Below, piece by piece: positions 50,801-63,767 of a DNA stretch of 64,000 nt; position 1 is the first letter of the stretch, and every line of letters starts with the position of its first letter. A program made the translations under genes and the position numbers. The notes beneath the pieces were generated by a model. That model saw only the letters and a program-made list of their open reading frames with translations, made no database searches and had not been told where the DNA came from. This DNA is from Dipteris shenzhenensis (lineage: Eukaryota): the NCBI GenBank assembly GCA_047967505.1, contig CM106538.1. The stretch is one strand, 5' to 3'.

Positions 50801-52237
50801 TGCAGGAAAGCTTTCGGGGTAAACGCATACTGGAGCTTGGGAGTGGTTGTGGCCTTTGTGGCTTACTGGTTGCAAAGCTAGGAGCTGCCGAGGTTATTTT
50901 GTCTGATTGTGACCCTGACATTATTTTGAACCTCTGCTACAATGCCTTTCATCTCTGTGCAGAGAATTCCTCAACAAGTCTCAAGGCACCATGTAATGCT
51001 GGCAGTCCTAGTTTGATTAATAAAATATCCTGTTATGATTACACATATGAAGGAGGTGCAAAAGAGAGTGCCTGTGATGCTTACCCTTGCAGGGTTCGAG
51101 TGCGCTGGCTAGACTGGTTGGATGATCCTTCTGAATTCCCAAGCAAGTTTGTGAAAGAACTAAATGAGGCGAGGTCACAAAACTTGGCTTGCCTTGAGAG
51201 CTTTTTCTTGTTGATTTGATTTCCCACTCAGACAATTTCTTGTTTGATGGGTATTAAAGTGTTCCATAAGATCTGTACATCCTCATTTGCCAACTGCAGC
51301 ATGTTGCACCATCAAAGCTACCATCTGTTTACAAACCTGCATAAAATGTCAAAGTGATAGAAACTACCAATTTTAGTGTTTGTGTTTTCCCTTTCACTTA
51401 GACAGCCTTGCAGTGTTTCAAGAATGTAAATTTTCCTGGAGAGTCTTGTATGTTGGAGATGACATTGAAAAAGTCTTTGTCGATTCATAGGGTTTAACTT
51501 TTTGCTGTGACCATTTTGAACTAGTGTCTATCTTACCATCTTTGTTAAGCTTAATATTCTATGAATATACCGTTTGCTGAGAAAAGTAGAACCCAAAAAG
51601 TTAACACCTCAAAGCCAGTTTTCATTGTCATGATTGTTTTGTGCTACTTCAGTTGCACAAAATAACTCACTGCTTTGTAAACAGAAAAAGAATGCTATAT
51701 ATGTTTATGATGCTGTGGTGATTTCTTGAAATCTTTTGAGAGTCACCGTTATTTCTTTTCAACAGAATGGTACATTCCATCCTGCGTTGGACATGAATGA
51801 TAAATTCGATTTGGTTATTGGAAGTGATCTCATTTATAACCACTACACCCTGCAGTCTTTGGCGGTAAGTTGTATCATTATGTATTCTCATTTCAAGATA
51901 TCTAATTATGGTCGTGTTTGCATGGATTAGTTTTTCCCCTAATCTGCTTGGCAATTATGTATCATATATCCAGGGGGTAATTCAACGAAGACTATCAAGT
52001 GTAAATGGTCAGGCGCTTTTTGCTGCACCAGTACGAGAACCTAAGGAGTTGGACGACTTTTTGAGAGAGTTGGATCAGCTAGGAATGGACACACAAGTGG
52101 AACACTGCAATGAGCATCAGTGGAACAAGTGCATGGCTGCTATGGGTGCAGTGCAGGAAGGAGGTACCCTTCATGGTATAGATCAATATGAGGGAGGTTT
52201 AATTATCGTAAGTGTCACACATAAGGTGATTTTATAA
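41836..52237 (+). CDS. SAM-dependent protein methyltransferase, family 16 (METTL21/lysine methyltransferase-like), 4 exons, ~371 aa
   Basis: Exons 41836-42135, 50716-~51168, 51766-51864 and 51974-52237, all phase 0. Join reads FSPSLSVQ|VKEMDYVKGGLGWKVWGTALLL. Motif I ILELGSGCGLCG, post-I VILSD, LDW, and FDLVIGSDLIY (DxxY). The exon 2 donor is uncertain; the exon 1 link is inferred from frame and sequence plausibility. Confidence 0.85.
43330..45310. repeat. Two pairs of diverged intronic duplicates (~43330-43455/44100-44225 and ~43490-43830/44988-45310)
   Basis: Shared GAACAAAAGAGGTTGGGAT.AAGTAGA, and shared CTCAGTGCA..GACAGCAG..GGTGACTCA..AAAAGAATCTTGGCAAAC blocks. Confidence 0.75.
44810..44985 (+). 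mobile_element. Ty1/Copia RT N-terminal fragment (intronic)
   Basis: VELTCFEKAL..(fs)KWEDAMDKEMAAL..NETWEVVPLPKDKKAIG. Confidence 0.8.
45830..48565 (+). mobile_element. Ty3/Gypsy RT fragment (intronic) split by a tandem array
   Basis: 45830-46040: PSKSLWGAGVLLVKKKD..CLDYKGPNK..LP*MDDLID. 48300-48565: VKIDL..KTTFCTR..YEFAVLPFGLSNAP..KFVVVFLDYIWIY. Confidence 0.85.
46043..48294. repeat. Tandem array, four units of 522-559 bp plus a partial fifth
   Basis: Unit start GAGTG.(C/T)TCT(C/T)GTGAG.TTGAAACTG at 46043, 46602, 47149, 47671 and 48210. Confidence 0.97.
48675..49839. mobile_element. Possible non-autonomous hAT-like TIR element with an internal insertion
   Basis: Begins CTGTTATAAG with clustered AAAAGC motifs and ends GCTTTTAAAATAACAC; TIR match is short and imperfect. 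Confidence 0.3.
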
Positions 52238-52560
52238 GTGAACTGCAGCTCAGAGCTAAAAAAGAATGGTTTGGATAGGCTGTTCCAATTCCTCTTTTTG
52301 GGGGTGTGTGTGTGGAGCGGGGCAGGGGGGGGGGGGTCGGGGGTTGTTGCAGTCAGATAGCCAATCCACTCGCTTGTGTATTCTTATTTCACCTTTATAC
52401 AACATGTAAACTACTCGGTACTTTCTATCAATTCAGACAACGGATTTTGCAGAGGCGTTTGAATGAAATGATTGCGAGTTGCCAAACACATATACTTGAA
52501 CTTAAGAAAGACTTATACAGCTTAAACACAAAGTGACATCATTGGAAATTGCAATATGAT

Positions 52561-55560
52561 TGAGGGGCCAAGACGCCCCCCCCCCTTAGCCAGGCTCACT
52601 TTATTCTTGAAAATGGAGATACAAGACCAAGGTGCAATGCACCTTCCAAACTGATGAACTTAGTGAAAGCCTAGGACCTAGATACAAGACTCAAGAGCAT
52701 ATGTACAAGGTAGACAACAAAAAGGAGGACTCCAAGCTCAGGTTTCAACTCTTGGCTTGCCCAATCCACAAGGAAGAAGTTTGCAACAATCGCCACTTAC
52801 ATCCAACATTAGAGGCAAGCACTAGTTTCTAGAAAGATAGTAGAAACAACATGAAATAGTGTTGTAAATGAGATAAACTTGACAATACAGACTCCCTTCG
52901 TGACTTGATCATTTTGTAGATGAAGTCCTTGATGCCTCTGAAGCTATCTTGGGTGAGGAGAGTGTGGAAATGGGACTGGAATGAAAACAGCTTAGAAAAA
53001 ACAGCGTGTAGGCTAGAGAGAGAAAGCTTTTATGGAGTGATAGCTGTAGAGAGAGTGTGTCAATGTTGATCCCAAGGGAGGGGATGTAAGAGAGGAGCTG
53101 TTGCTGTTCCAAAGGTGCACAGAAAGGCAGATTTTTGCAAGGGAAATGGGCTGGAACAATTTTACAATAGAGAGTGAAAGACTGCAGCAGGAGAGAGAAA
53201 GGGATTGTGGCTGCTCCAGACTAGGAGAAGGAGAGAGGATGTTGCTGCTGTTCCAGAAGAGCTGAGAGGGGGCAAATTTCTGGAGAGGAGGGGCTGGAAA
53301 TGGAAAGAGAGAATGTGCTGTTGTAGACAGTGTTGCTGAGGTGAGAGAATGGCCTGGGGAGAAGCTGGCTGCACCCAAGGAGCTGGAGAGGTTCTGCTGC
53401 ATCAACCAAAAGGAGGGAGAAGAAAAGTGACGAATTTTCATGTAGGGAATGAAGGGGAGAGGCCTTCTTTTATAGGCTCAGTCCCCCCCTCCTAGGCTTA
53501 GAGTGGAAGGTGGACACTTGTCCCTGATTTTTGGTGGGCTGCAGTCCCAAAGAGGACAGTCCACAATCTGCCCCAAATCTGCCAGATTTGGGGCTAGACG
53601 CTTGGCTTGCATGCCCTGCCACTTGCCATGCATGCTGCCACATGTGTGGGACAAGTGGACTGACCTGCCAGCTTAGATTCCATGTGGCAGTCTGCCACGT
53701 GTCACTCCCAAAAACCCTAAAATTTCAAAGTTGTCATAATTTAATTTTGATCGCACCCACGGGTTCCTAACAGCTTGGACTATCTATTGACGTACTCTAA
53801 GGTCATAATTGAGCCATACTGAGCTCATTTGTTTGTCGTCTTATCTTGCATTACCATTACTCTTGGCATGCTACTAGGCCCACACCCAAAGCTCAGGGAA
53901 CATTCTCTTGAATGGTTCCTAGGTCAGTATGCAATCTGTGCATTTGATTGGTCCCATGTTTGGGTACTCAGGTGGGGTGTGGTTTCCAGATGTCCCTCTT
54001 AAAGAGAGGCCATCACTCTTGTGGGTCACTAATGCCCATAACCCCAAGCAAGGGGGTCCACCTTCAAATGCTAGACCTAGTCCCCATTGACCGTAACTGA
54101 ACAGTAGGAAAACATTTCATTTCTTAATAAGCATACTATTGAAAAACAAAAAGAAATAGTACCAAGCAAGTGGATACATGTTGTTGAAGCAGGATGACAT
54201 TCCCTCCGTCTTTCATTCGGTTGTCCTCAACTAAAATGCTTCCTCATAAGCATCCAGGATTTCAGGACACTCCTGAAATGTAGCTCTGTCCACCCATTGG
54301 GCATCGGTGGATGGGAGCCCTCTGAACTTCAAAAGGTACATCTTGCGAGTCATGCCTCGACGTCCTGTAGTGAAGTTATGGAGAATAATTTGCTCTGGGA
54401 TCAACAAGATCTGAGTGTCCTCTACTTCAGGTGCATCATCCAGTGTGGGCTCTTGAGGTGGTTCCCCAATGAAGGGTTTCACCAAGCTTACATGGAAGAC
54501 ATCGTGGATCTTCCAATGCTCTGGAAGTCTCAATCGGATTGAGACATCATTTATTACCTACAACACCTGAAAAGGACCATAATATTGAAAGGATAGCTTG
54601 AAGTAGATGTGCTTTTTGCTCACTTTGGTTTTTAATCGGGCTTTCTCAAATTTCAATTAGACCCATTGGCCTTCTTTCACTGCAAACGCCCTCCGTCTTT
54701 TATTTGCAGCTGCTCTTTGTTTCTCCTATGCCTTTTGAATGGCTGCTCGAACCATGGCATAAGCAGAGTCATAATCCTCCACGAATCGATCAACGGCAAA
54801 GATTTTCTCTTTTGTTTGCATGAGTGGAGTTGGTAAAGATCTACCATATACAATTTCGAAAGGAGCTTTTCCAGTGGAGGAATGAATTGTGTTGTTATAA
54901 GCAAACTCCACAAGAGAAAGGAATTTCTCCCAAAAGGTTTGTTGGTCATGCACACAAAATTTCAGCAAATCCAAGAGTGTACTATTCGTAACTTCAGTTT
55001 GGCCATCCATTTTGAGGTGAAAAACTGAGGAGAAACTTAGAAGAGTTCCAAGGTTCTCAAAAAAAGCCTGCCAGAAGTTACTAGTGAACTTTGAGTCTCT
55101 ATCTAATACTATAGACTTCGGCATGCCGAGAATTACATCTGATCCTTGAAGTGGTGCCACCATGAAGGGTAGATGATCCAAGTACCCTTGGATGTGTACC
55201 CGAAGCTTGCCGATGATGGGATACACCTTCTATTCTTAGTTCTTGAAGGCTGCAATTGCCTCCAAGGCTTCTCCTTTATCCTCTGGGGCTATCCCCAAGT
55301 TCTGTGCCATCTCATGAGAAATAAAGTTGTGAGTAGCTTCACTATTGAACAAAAACAAAGCGGATTGATCCTTTACTTGACCCCATGTTTTCAACAAACT
55401 ATGGGTGTCGTTTACACCATAATGTTTGCCTTTGGGAGGGTGGGCGAATTCTCTTGCCTTATATGTGTAGTAATCATTGGTAGATGGAAGATCACGATCA
55501 GTCCAAGCAGATAGAGCACCTCAGGCTTCAGCACAGTAGAGCAACAAGGTCCATTGTCCA
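52561..55560 (-). mobile_element. Chromovirus-type Gypsy deletion derivative (protease::integrase-chromodomain, PPT, ~1.64 kb 3' LTR 54199..~52561)
   Basis: Protease LFNSEATHNFIS..DVILGMP fused to integrase KSIVLDRDSKFTSNFW..DGQTE..EFAYNN. IHDVFHVSLVKP plus chromodomain (YLLKFRG..DAQW). PPT GAAAGACGGAGGGAA then TG at 54199. The LTR far end is inferred. Confidence 0.88.
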
Positions 55561-58500
55561 ACTTTCAATCACAAATCAGATCCGGTGAGAGACAAGATGA
55601 AGGGACTAGGACTGGGGAGGGGTTGAAAGGATAAGGGTTGAGTAGTGAGCACGAGGGGAGGAAAGGTAAGAGGGATAGGCGTCAAAAGTTCAACGTGCTA
55701 AATTGCATTTTCTTAGTGCTGCTAAACCAAGTTTAAGGAGTTAGTTATAATTTAAAAATCTAAACGTTTAAAAATTAATGTTAGACTAAGCCAAGTGGCC
55801 ACTTGTAGGGGGTCCTAACTCTTCATAGCTTTTATGTTTCTATCACAAATTTAAAAACCTTTTGCACCCAAATTTCAAAGGTCTTCAATATTTTTAGTGA
55901 AATGTGAAATCAAAATTTTGAATGTTCAATTACATTGTATCAGGGTTTTTTGTGCACAGTGGGTTGAAGTCTTGGATCTGGTTTTCCTTGTTGACATTAC
56001 TGGTGTGTAGGTCTTGGAGAGAGGCTTTAATGCTGAGCAAGGGCTACCTTGGACAACGTTATCATCCAGGTCGTTTGTTAGCATGGCAACTTAGCAAGGT
56101 GCTTGTATGTTGGAAAGAGCATGGGCTTTAGTATCTTGTATCATGGAGTGGTACCCATGTCTCCCGCATGTCATGGTTGTGAGTTGTTTCTTGCAGCTAT
56201 TGGTCTTCTTCCTCATGGTGGTGCCCCTCGTCCACCTCTTATTGGCCTTCTTCTTCATATGGCCCCTCTATGTTGGAGAAGGGCATGGGCTTTAGTATCT
56301 TGTATCATTGAGTGGTATAGATGTCTTTGGTTCCCAGTTGCTCGATTGGTTGATGTTGCGTATCCGTAGTGTCATGTAGTGAAGTGGAGGGTTGTGAGGT
56401 GGGGCATGTGCCTGTGTTTGTGCCTATGATGGTGAAGCTAGGGCTAGTGCTAGGTGCGGTGTTAGGTTGTGATGGCGGGAATGGTTGTGGGGCGGAGCTA
56501 AAGAGATTCCAGGCCGCATCCATATCCTCTAGGTGTACGTTGATGGGGTACGTCGTATGAGAATCATCAAACTAGCTTATGCCAATTTGAATCATATTCT
56601 GAGGGGCTTCGAGGATATTATAATATAATACTATGATGCATGTAAGAGGATACCATTCGTTACTAGCTCAAAAGATGCATTGAAAAATGTATTCAGCATC
56701 ACTTCGACCATTAACTATGTGTTCGAAGAAATTTTGTATGTCTGTTATATCTAGCATAGCATCTTTTGCAAAGCGTAAGTGTTGTAAATTGCTGAGCCAA
56801 TGACTCTGGCTCATGGGTAGCCCATTGTGCAGAAGGATATTGCTCCATTTGATTGGGAAGTGGAAGGGAGATGGTGCGAGAAGAGGAAGGAGTAGCAGAG
56901 TGGGAAAAGACCGAAGAGGCTTCGTTCGTAAGTTCTTCAATTGAGAAGAGGTCGTGGGTGCTGATAGAGTGCGAGGTGGTGGACATGAAGAGAAAATGGA
57001 AGTGAAGGTTGTGAAATTTTGTAAAAAAATTTGGTAGAGTTTTGGTACGATGCCAGGTGAGATCCTACAAAATTTCACTTCCATTTGGTAGAGTTTTGGT
57101 ACGATGCCAGGTGGTTGTTTATATAGGGGGCCTAGGAACACAGCGGGTCACTTTTAGCATTAGCGCAACGATTGGTGTTATCAAAGTAGTGATGACTAGC
57201 ATTAGCAAATAGCATAGTGAATCAGCATTATTAAAGTAGCGGGTCAGCATAGCAATGAGACTCGCGTTAATTTTAGCACAGCATGTTGCAAGTCATCGTG
57301 TTAGGCGTAAGCAACGGACTGAGTTAGTCGTCGCATTATCAGTCTCATTGCGTTATCCTTATAGTGGCGACTTGATTTTGTGGGCCTTATTTGGGAATAC
57401 TGACTGACTGACTAATTGTCCTGGACTTCACCTAGGTGGGTGAGAATGCATATGGAGTGATATGGCAGATGCAGCAGTGAAATCCAAAAGTATTACAATG
57501 TGACTCTAGCCGGCTGCTAGTAAGTGAGTGACTCGGTGAACTGAGTGCAAGCAGACGTTTGGACCCTAATCCCCTTGGTGGACTAGATTGAGCCTTTGCT
57601 TAGTAAAGAACTTTCCAATGAATGGCAAGGACTCTCTTTCACCTAAGGATGAAGTGGATGTGATCATATCTTGTTTTACACCAACTCCCTATTCTCACCT
57701 AGACCGAGTGATCGACACTATGTTCAGATCTGTAAGAACTTGCTGCGATAGGTTTTCTTACATCCCACCGGCCCCAAAGCTCCTCTTATTCCAAGCTATG
57801 AGCACTACGACACATACTTCTAAGAAGGCAGCTACTTGAACTCACAAGGGTACTTTATTAATAAGATGATTTATGAAGGTATCTGATTGTTTTATCAATT
57901 CTTGTCCAACTATGCTGGCTTAAACTCATGATTGGATGTGGCTTAAGAGTAATGTAAGAGGTTTCAACATTGGAAGAGGATCATCATCTCAATATCAGGC
58001 GAAGCGCATCAAGCACTTTGTGCAAAAGCCGCATATGATTGCTCCATTTAGCTCCTTTTGTAAATGCGACTCTATTCTTCTAGAGATTATACTATTAATG
58101 CAGTGGAAAAGTTCTAGTAATCTAGCAATGTTGGTTTATAAATTAAATGCCGTAAGTTTTTGGGGTCATCTCTATGGATGAGGTGGTGTGATGGGGGAGG
58201 CAACTTTTCTCCATCTAATTGGAGGTTGTTGATCAAAGTTGGAAGGCGACAAAGCCATTGGGTAGAGAGCAGAGATGGTGATTGTGTGGTATTTGAAAAT
58301 GGTGATGATTATGGAGATGTGGAAGTAAATAGAAGCTCTTAAAGGCTGCAAAGGAGCTGGAAATACATGAGAGAAAATTGTGTAACAAAGATTGAGTTCT
58401 CCTAAACATTATGCATGTCAAAATTACCTTTTGGCATCGCTTCGTAGCCAAAATTAATGGCACATGTGATGCCTCGACACAAGCGAACTACCTATTATCT

Positions 58501-58619
58501 TCATGATTTTTCCAATTATGCCTTGATTTAATCTATTCGGTCGACTTGGAGAGCTCCCATGTAAATTGGGTATGAACACTATGACTAGGTAGGTGACCGC
58601 TTAGTATGGCTTCACGTGG

Positions 58620-61050
58620 CTTCCGTTGAAGAGTGCATGTATCAGTAGGCCTTGCAATTTAGCAAATTGCACTGCTGTGTTGCTATAGACTTCAATAACC
58701 TGGTAGGCTCCATTCCATTTGAGTTTAAGATTGGGTTTGAGATAACCCAACTTGGCATTATACAACAAAATGAGCACATTCCCTTCTTCAAGTTTCTTAT
58801 AACAATGTGCCTATCATGCCAAGCTTGCAAGCACTTCTTGATTGCTTTTGATTCTCTGAGCTAATGATTTGCGATTATGACGAGACTCGAGACATGGAAC
58901 TCCAAAGGAACCACAAGGTCCAAACCAAATTCCATTCAGCTACTAGGAGTCAACTTTGTGGTCACCTTGTAATCCATGTGATACACCCATAATGTAGCAT
59001 GTAACTTTGTATCTTTATCTCGACAATGCATGCTAACAGTTTTTGTAAGAACGTACTCGAGTACATTGTTGGTTGACTTCACCGAGCGTGAGCATCTCGA
59101 AACATGGTACTCCAACACAAACCTACTTGCAAAACCTTCTAAGCTGCAAGTTCTCCACTACAATGACCTCTAGCGAGTCTAGTATGTGCCTCATTTAGCA
59201 CAATTGCTGATTCATGAGGTAGGACCCAATAATGTAGGGCCCCATTTGCTGCTTGGCGATAGAGTTGTCCTCTAACTAGGCTATATTTCCAAGCTTTCAA
59301 TGCTAATTGTCTATGCTTGTCTTGGGGTATACACTACAAATACTAGAGAATTTCATCATACTCGGTTTCAAACAAATGCACATCAATCAACTAAGCATCT
59401 ACGAGCTCGGTTAGAGTCTACAATTGCATGTGACTTCTTGGGTTTATGAATGATTTGAAATTAAATTCTGCTACAACATCCAATGCCATTGTCACAATTT
59501 TGGCACAGGTAGATGGCATATTGGATTAATCATTTTACTATGCTAGCCCTCTTATGATACCAACTGTGTGCAATTACAACATTACTGAGTGAGAAGACCT
59601 TGGGAAGGCTTATAGTGTTCAAAATTCTAGCAGTATTTGCTTGGTAATCATTTCATCTTCTATGTTGATCACCACACTTTATTGTATCTGTTTAACAAAA
59701 AAGTCACTTTAGTGTTCTAGGTCTTCTTGTGATACCATGAACCTGCAAAGCTTTCTTGATCTTTGACTTTAGTTTATATTTCTTGGATAAGGTATTGTCT
59801 TCCTCACTTTCCTCACCTTTCATTTTTATCCAAAGCAATAGCTTGATTAAGGAGTTTTTCATATGTGTTGGTCAGATTCAAAATCTTGGTGGAGTGCAGA
59901 TTTGTTTATGTTCTATAATCAAACAAGCACACATGGATTTATCATTAGGTGGGTTGCACAATTGATTTATGAGGGCCCGCATCTATATCAAAAAATCCTA
60001 GATGGACTTTCTTTTTCTACTTCAAGTTGCTTAATTTGGCTTGAGCATTTTCCTCATTGATCTCTTGTCTGAATCTTCTGAGAAATACCTCGAACATGTG
60101 CCATCGATTTGTAAAGTAACCGATCAAAAATTGATTGAAATACCTTTGAGCTATATTGACTAGGATACATGGAGTATAGTTCATATACGCTTATTCGATT
60201 ATGGCACCATAAATGTGGCATACCTACAAGAATTTCTACAAGTGATTGTTTGGGTCTTCTCCGCAATTCCTTTGAAATCATAGAAATTTGCCTTGGTGAG
60301 CTATGTAGATTTCGGCTTTATGATCACCATCTCGGGGCTTTTGAATTTGGGTCATACCATCTGGACTCACGTTGGATTCTGAAATAGGCCTTTGGAGCCC
60401 TAGGTACATCCATCCTATGTTTTAGATTTTGTTTTGGTCCATCTTGGCAATATGAAACTCGATACTAGGTCAAACTAACTATATCCCACTAATCAATTTC
60501 CTCATTGAGTCTATACATTGGTGGAGCTTATCATGTGTCAGATAACTTCATTTACATCAAATTGAAGAATTGATGGTTTTTCATCCTTCTTCTTCACTTG
60601 TGCTACTAGATCAATCATCCTTCTTTGCTCAATGCTAACCATGGTCCGAGCACTATCAACATCTCTGTATGCTATAAGCAATTTGACCTATAGTTCCATC
60701 AAGTCCCATTTTTGTCTTTCAGAATCTGCCAAGGAATTCTTGCAAGAATTTACCTCAAATATCATAACTGGGAGTTCCCATTCTGTTCTCTATCGGAGCT
60801 CCCATCTTGTCTTCGCACATAGTGATCCTCTAGTCACTATACCGTGGTTCCTAGTCGATTTACTGTGAGCAATTGTCCTCAACTTTGAAATATTTGTTAT
60901 ACTGGTGGGCCTTCAATTACTCCTTGTCCATCTATTCCCGTTACTATCCAATGCTCCACCTTAATCCATTCTTCATCTTACCTATTACCAAAGCGGTGGT
61001 AGTTCTCTCCCATGATCAAAGACTAGGCAAAATGTTGCTAGACCTTTCAT
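58620..61050 (-). mobile_element. Highly decayed Ty3/Gypsy pol remnants
   Basis: Integrase C-part DTKLHATLWVYHMDYKVTTKLTP and QAWHDRHI (58642-59118); upstream pieces fragmentary; boundaries approximate. Confidence 0.6.
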
Positions 61051-62081
61051 GAATGGGCAATATGCCTAATTCATATCAGCAAACAATGCATATGACCCCA
61101 ACACCGAGGGTGTTTATTTGCATATTCTATATGGGCTACATGCCTAGGTTGATCAGGCCATGGAAGTCACATTGCAGGAGTTTTTGTGACATTGGGCATT
61201 TGAGCGACTTGAGGATCATAATTCTAATTACAAGAAAACGAGGTATCTCAATAGTTGAGAAGAGTTTTTTGGTAAAGTGACAAAAAGGCTAAGTAGCTCA
61301 AGCAACTGCTGAGCTTTCTTTGTATTAAAAGCATTTTGTAGCAAGTACTTTCTTGTATCAAAGGCACTGTTTTTCTAATACAAATGTGCTAATATATACA
61401 CACTTGTTATTGTTGGTAAGTTGAAAGGAAAGGATAGAGTGGACACAAACTCAGAATACTTGCATTACTTGCTTGTAGAATGAAGAAGAGTGAGGTCCTT
61501 AAGTAGGCACCTCATACATGCTCACTGACATCACTGATGACTTCAGAGCTCCACAATCATCTCCTCAATCTGCTCCTAGATTCTCTCAATCATCCTATGT
61601 GGCTCTTCCACCACCTAACTGTGCTTGTGGGCACCTAACTATGCCTCTAGCACTCACACATAGAAACCAAGGTGTGCCGGAGGCATACACCTTGAGATAT
61701 CCCAACAAACCCCCCCTCAAGGGAATGCCTCAGGCTATGTCAAGGATACATCTAGTCTCATAGTTTCTCATGCCATCTCATGGTGGTCAAGGATAAATCT
61801 ATGGCTAGGTTCTCATGCTAGCAAGGGTTCCCTTGGGTGTAAGGTAAACAAAAGGGATACAAAAAGACCTTCCAATGGTTATCTCCCCTGCATGTACATG
61901 CACACAATGTTTGCAGAAGGTACCATGGAGCAAAACATACACATGGCCTATATCATAAGGTGACCAGAGGTGTTTACAAAACACACAAAAACACAATAGT
62001 TTATTTCATTCATTTTGGAGGACTATCCAGGCTGAGTACCTTGACATAAAAAGAGAGATCTGGAGCGTACATAGAGATGTT

Positions 62082-62912
62082 TTAAAATGCATAATCTTCA
62101 AAGGATGCCTCATCTTGTGGAGGCCCATCAACTGAAAGTAGATTTGCATTTTCTGTCTTTGCTTTGGCTCTGCAAAACTTCTCATTATGGTTGTTCTTGC
62201 CACAGTGCTTGCATGGATTAATTTTGAAGCAGTCCTTTGAAAGGTGATTTGTCTTTCCACAGTGATTGCAAGGGGTATACTTGCACTTCTGGACTTTTAC
62301 AGCATAAACAGTGTCATTGCCTTTCCTGAGCTCCATATGCCTTTCTTCTTCTTGGAGGGCAGAGATAATACCTTCAAGATTAGGATTAGGAAGTTTTTTC
62401 AAAGTGCTAACTATGTGATCATAATCTTCAGGCATACTCTTAAGTAACACTGCCATAGCATCATCTGGAGTAATAGGAGAGTTGATAGAAGCAAGCTGAG
62501 TCATAAGACTCCGCATATAGTTGACATGAGCTGCCAAAGTAGTACCACTAGCCATCTTCAATTCAAAGAAAGAGATTTTAAGTGACAGTTTAGAGATGTG
62601 AGAGCTAGCACCAAAAATCATGTCAAGCTTCTGCCAAGCTTCTGAAGGAGACTCCAAGTCAGAGATATGGTGAATATAATCATCTCCTAAAGCAAGAGCA
62701 ATGATACCATATGATTTTTCTTCTCTAGCCGGATCCCTTGCCGGTCGTGTCGGAGTTGAGGATTCTCCAGCATTAGAGGCCGTAGAAGAAGCGGTAGGAG
62801 TAGGTTTGACAAGTCCCCATAGGTTCTCCCTCATCAATGCAAATTTCACCTTCATCTGCCATGTGTGGAAGCCCTTTCCATTGAACTTCTCTAGATTCAA
62901 TAGGGTAGCCAT
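62082..62912 (-). CDS. gag: Intact Copia-type Gag, 276 aa, two CCHC zinc knuckles
   Basis: ATG at 62912: MATLLNLEKFNGKGFHTWQMKVKFALMRENLW (DUF4219-like), UBN2-like core (..LLKSMPEDYDHIV..LQEEER), CNHCGKTNHLSKDC and CKHCGKNNHNEKFC, TAA stop. Confidence 0.9.
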   Translation of the reverse strand: MATLLNLEKFNGKGFHTWQMKVKFALMRENLWGLVKPTPTASSTASNAGESSTPTRPARDPAREEKSYGIIALALGDDYIHHISDLESPSEAWQKLDMIFGASSHISKLSLKISFFELKMASGTTLAAHVNYMRSLMTQLASINSPITPDDAMAVLLKSMPEDYDHIVSTLKKLPNPNLEGIISALQEEERHMELRKGNDTVYAVKVQKCKYTPCNHCGKTNHLSKDCFKINPCKHCGKNNHNEKFCRAKAKTENANLLSVDGPPQDEASFEDYAF

Positions 62913-63767
62913 GAGAGGGTCTAACCCAGATATTGGGCAGTGTCTATCTCTCTTACAAGGCAAAAAATAACTGAAAGACTTCCAAAATATGAGCACTTGA
63001 TGTAGCAAAGACTAGTGACCAATATTCAATCAATGATGCTTCTTCTTACATGCTTCATAGAAGTGGCTAAAATGAATACTTTCCAATCAAAATCAGGTCT
63101 AGCAATTCAAAACAAAACTGAAGCCACACTTGTACTGAAGTTATTGAAAGTTTCAAAAAACCAGAAATGCTAGAGTAGCATTTTATGTAGCATCATCTTC
63201 AAAAACTTGTCCAAAACTGTCAAAACTAAAAGGTTGAACTTGGAGGGCTTGTAGCTCACTCTTCAAAGAAAGGAAAAGAGGGCTTTTTAAAGCAAAACAA
63301 AGCTCATATACCAGAGAGGGTCCAGCACAGAGGTTGGACGAAATGGTGCGCACTTTTGCCCGGGGGAGTTGCTACAGGCTGAACCTGAGTTTTGGCGATT
63401 TCTCCTTCGTTACTAAACCAAATGACCTGAAAAATGGCTCAAAATCTTTGTCTTGAGGTCGCCCACCTACTCCTAAGAGGGCTCAGGCAATGGTGGAGCA
63501 GGCAGGGAGTATTGAGCAGTAGAAAAAATGGCAAAAAATGCGCTGTTTGGGGAATGGCAGCCACCACAGACGTTTTTTCTTCAATTGCTTGCAGGTGGAA
63601 GTTCGCCCATACTAGAGGAGTTTCCAGCTCAGAGGGTTTGGGCAATGGTCATTTGTAGGTGGAGAACCAAGCTCTCAAAGATTTTAGGAAGAAAGAGGAA
63701 AATGGAGAAGAAGAAGATGAAGAAGAAGAAGATGATGTGCCAGAAATGGGCTCAAGGGGGATCAAAG

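Noticed and set aside
52909-53770. Cluster of Ser/Leu/Pro-rich ORFs
   Set aside because: They lie in the inferred chromovirus LTR and are low-complexity by-products of GA/CT-rich sequence.
62913-63008. N-terminal 32 aa of the 308-aa ORF call
   Set aside because: It starts at a non-ATG codon; Gag homology begins at the ATG at 62912.
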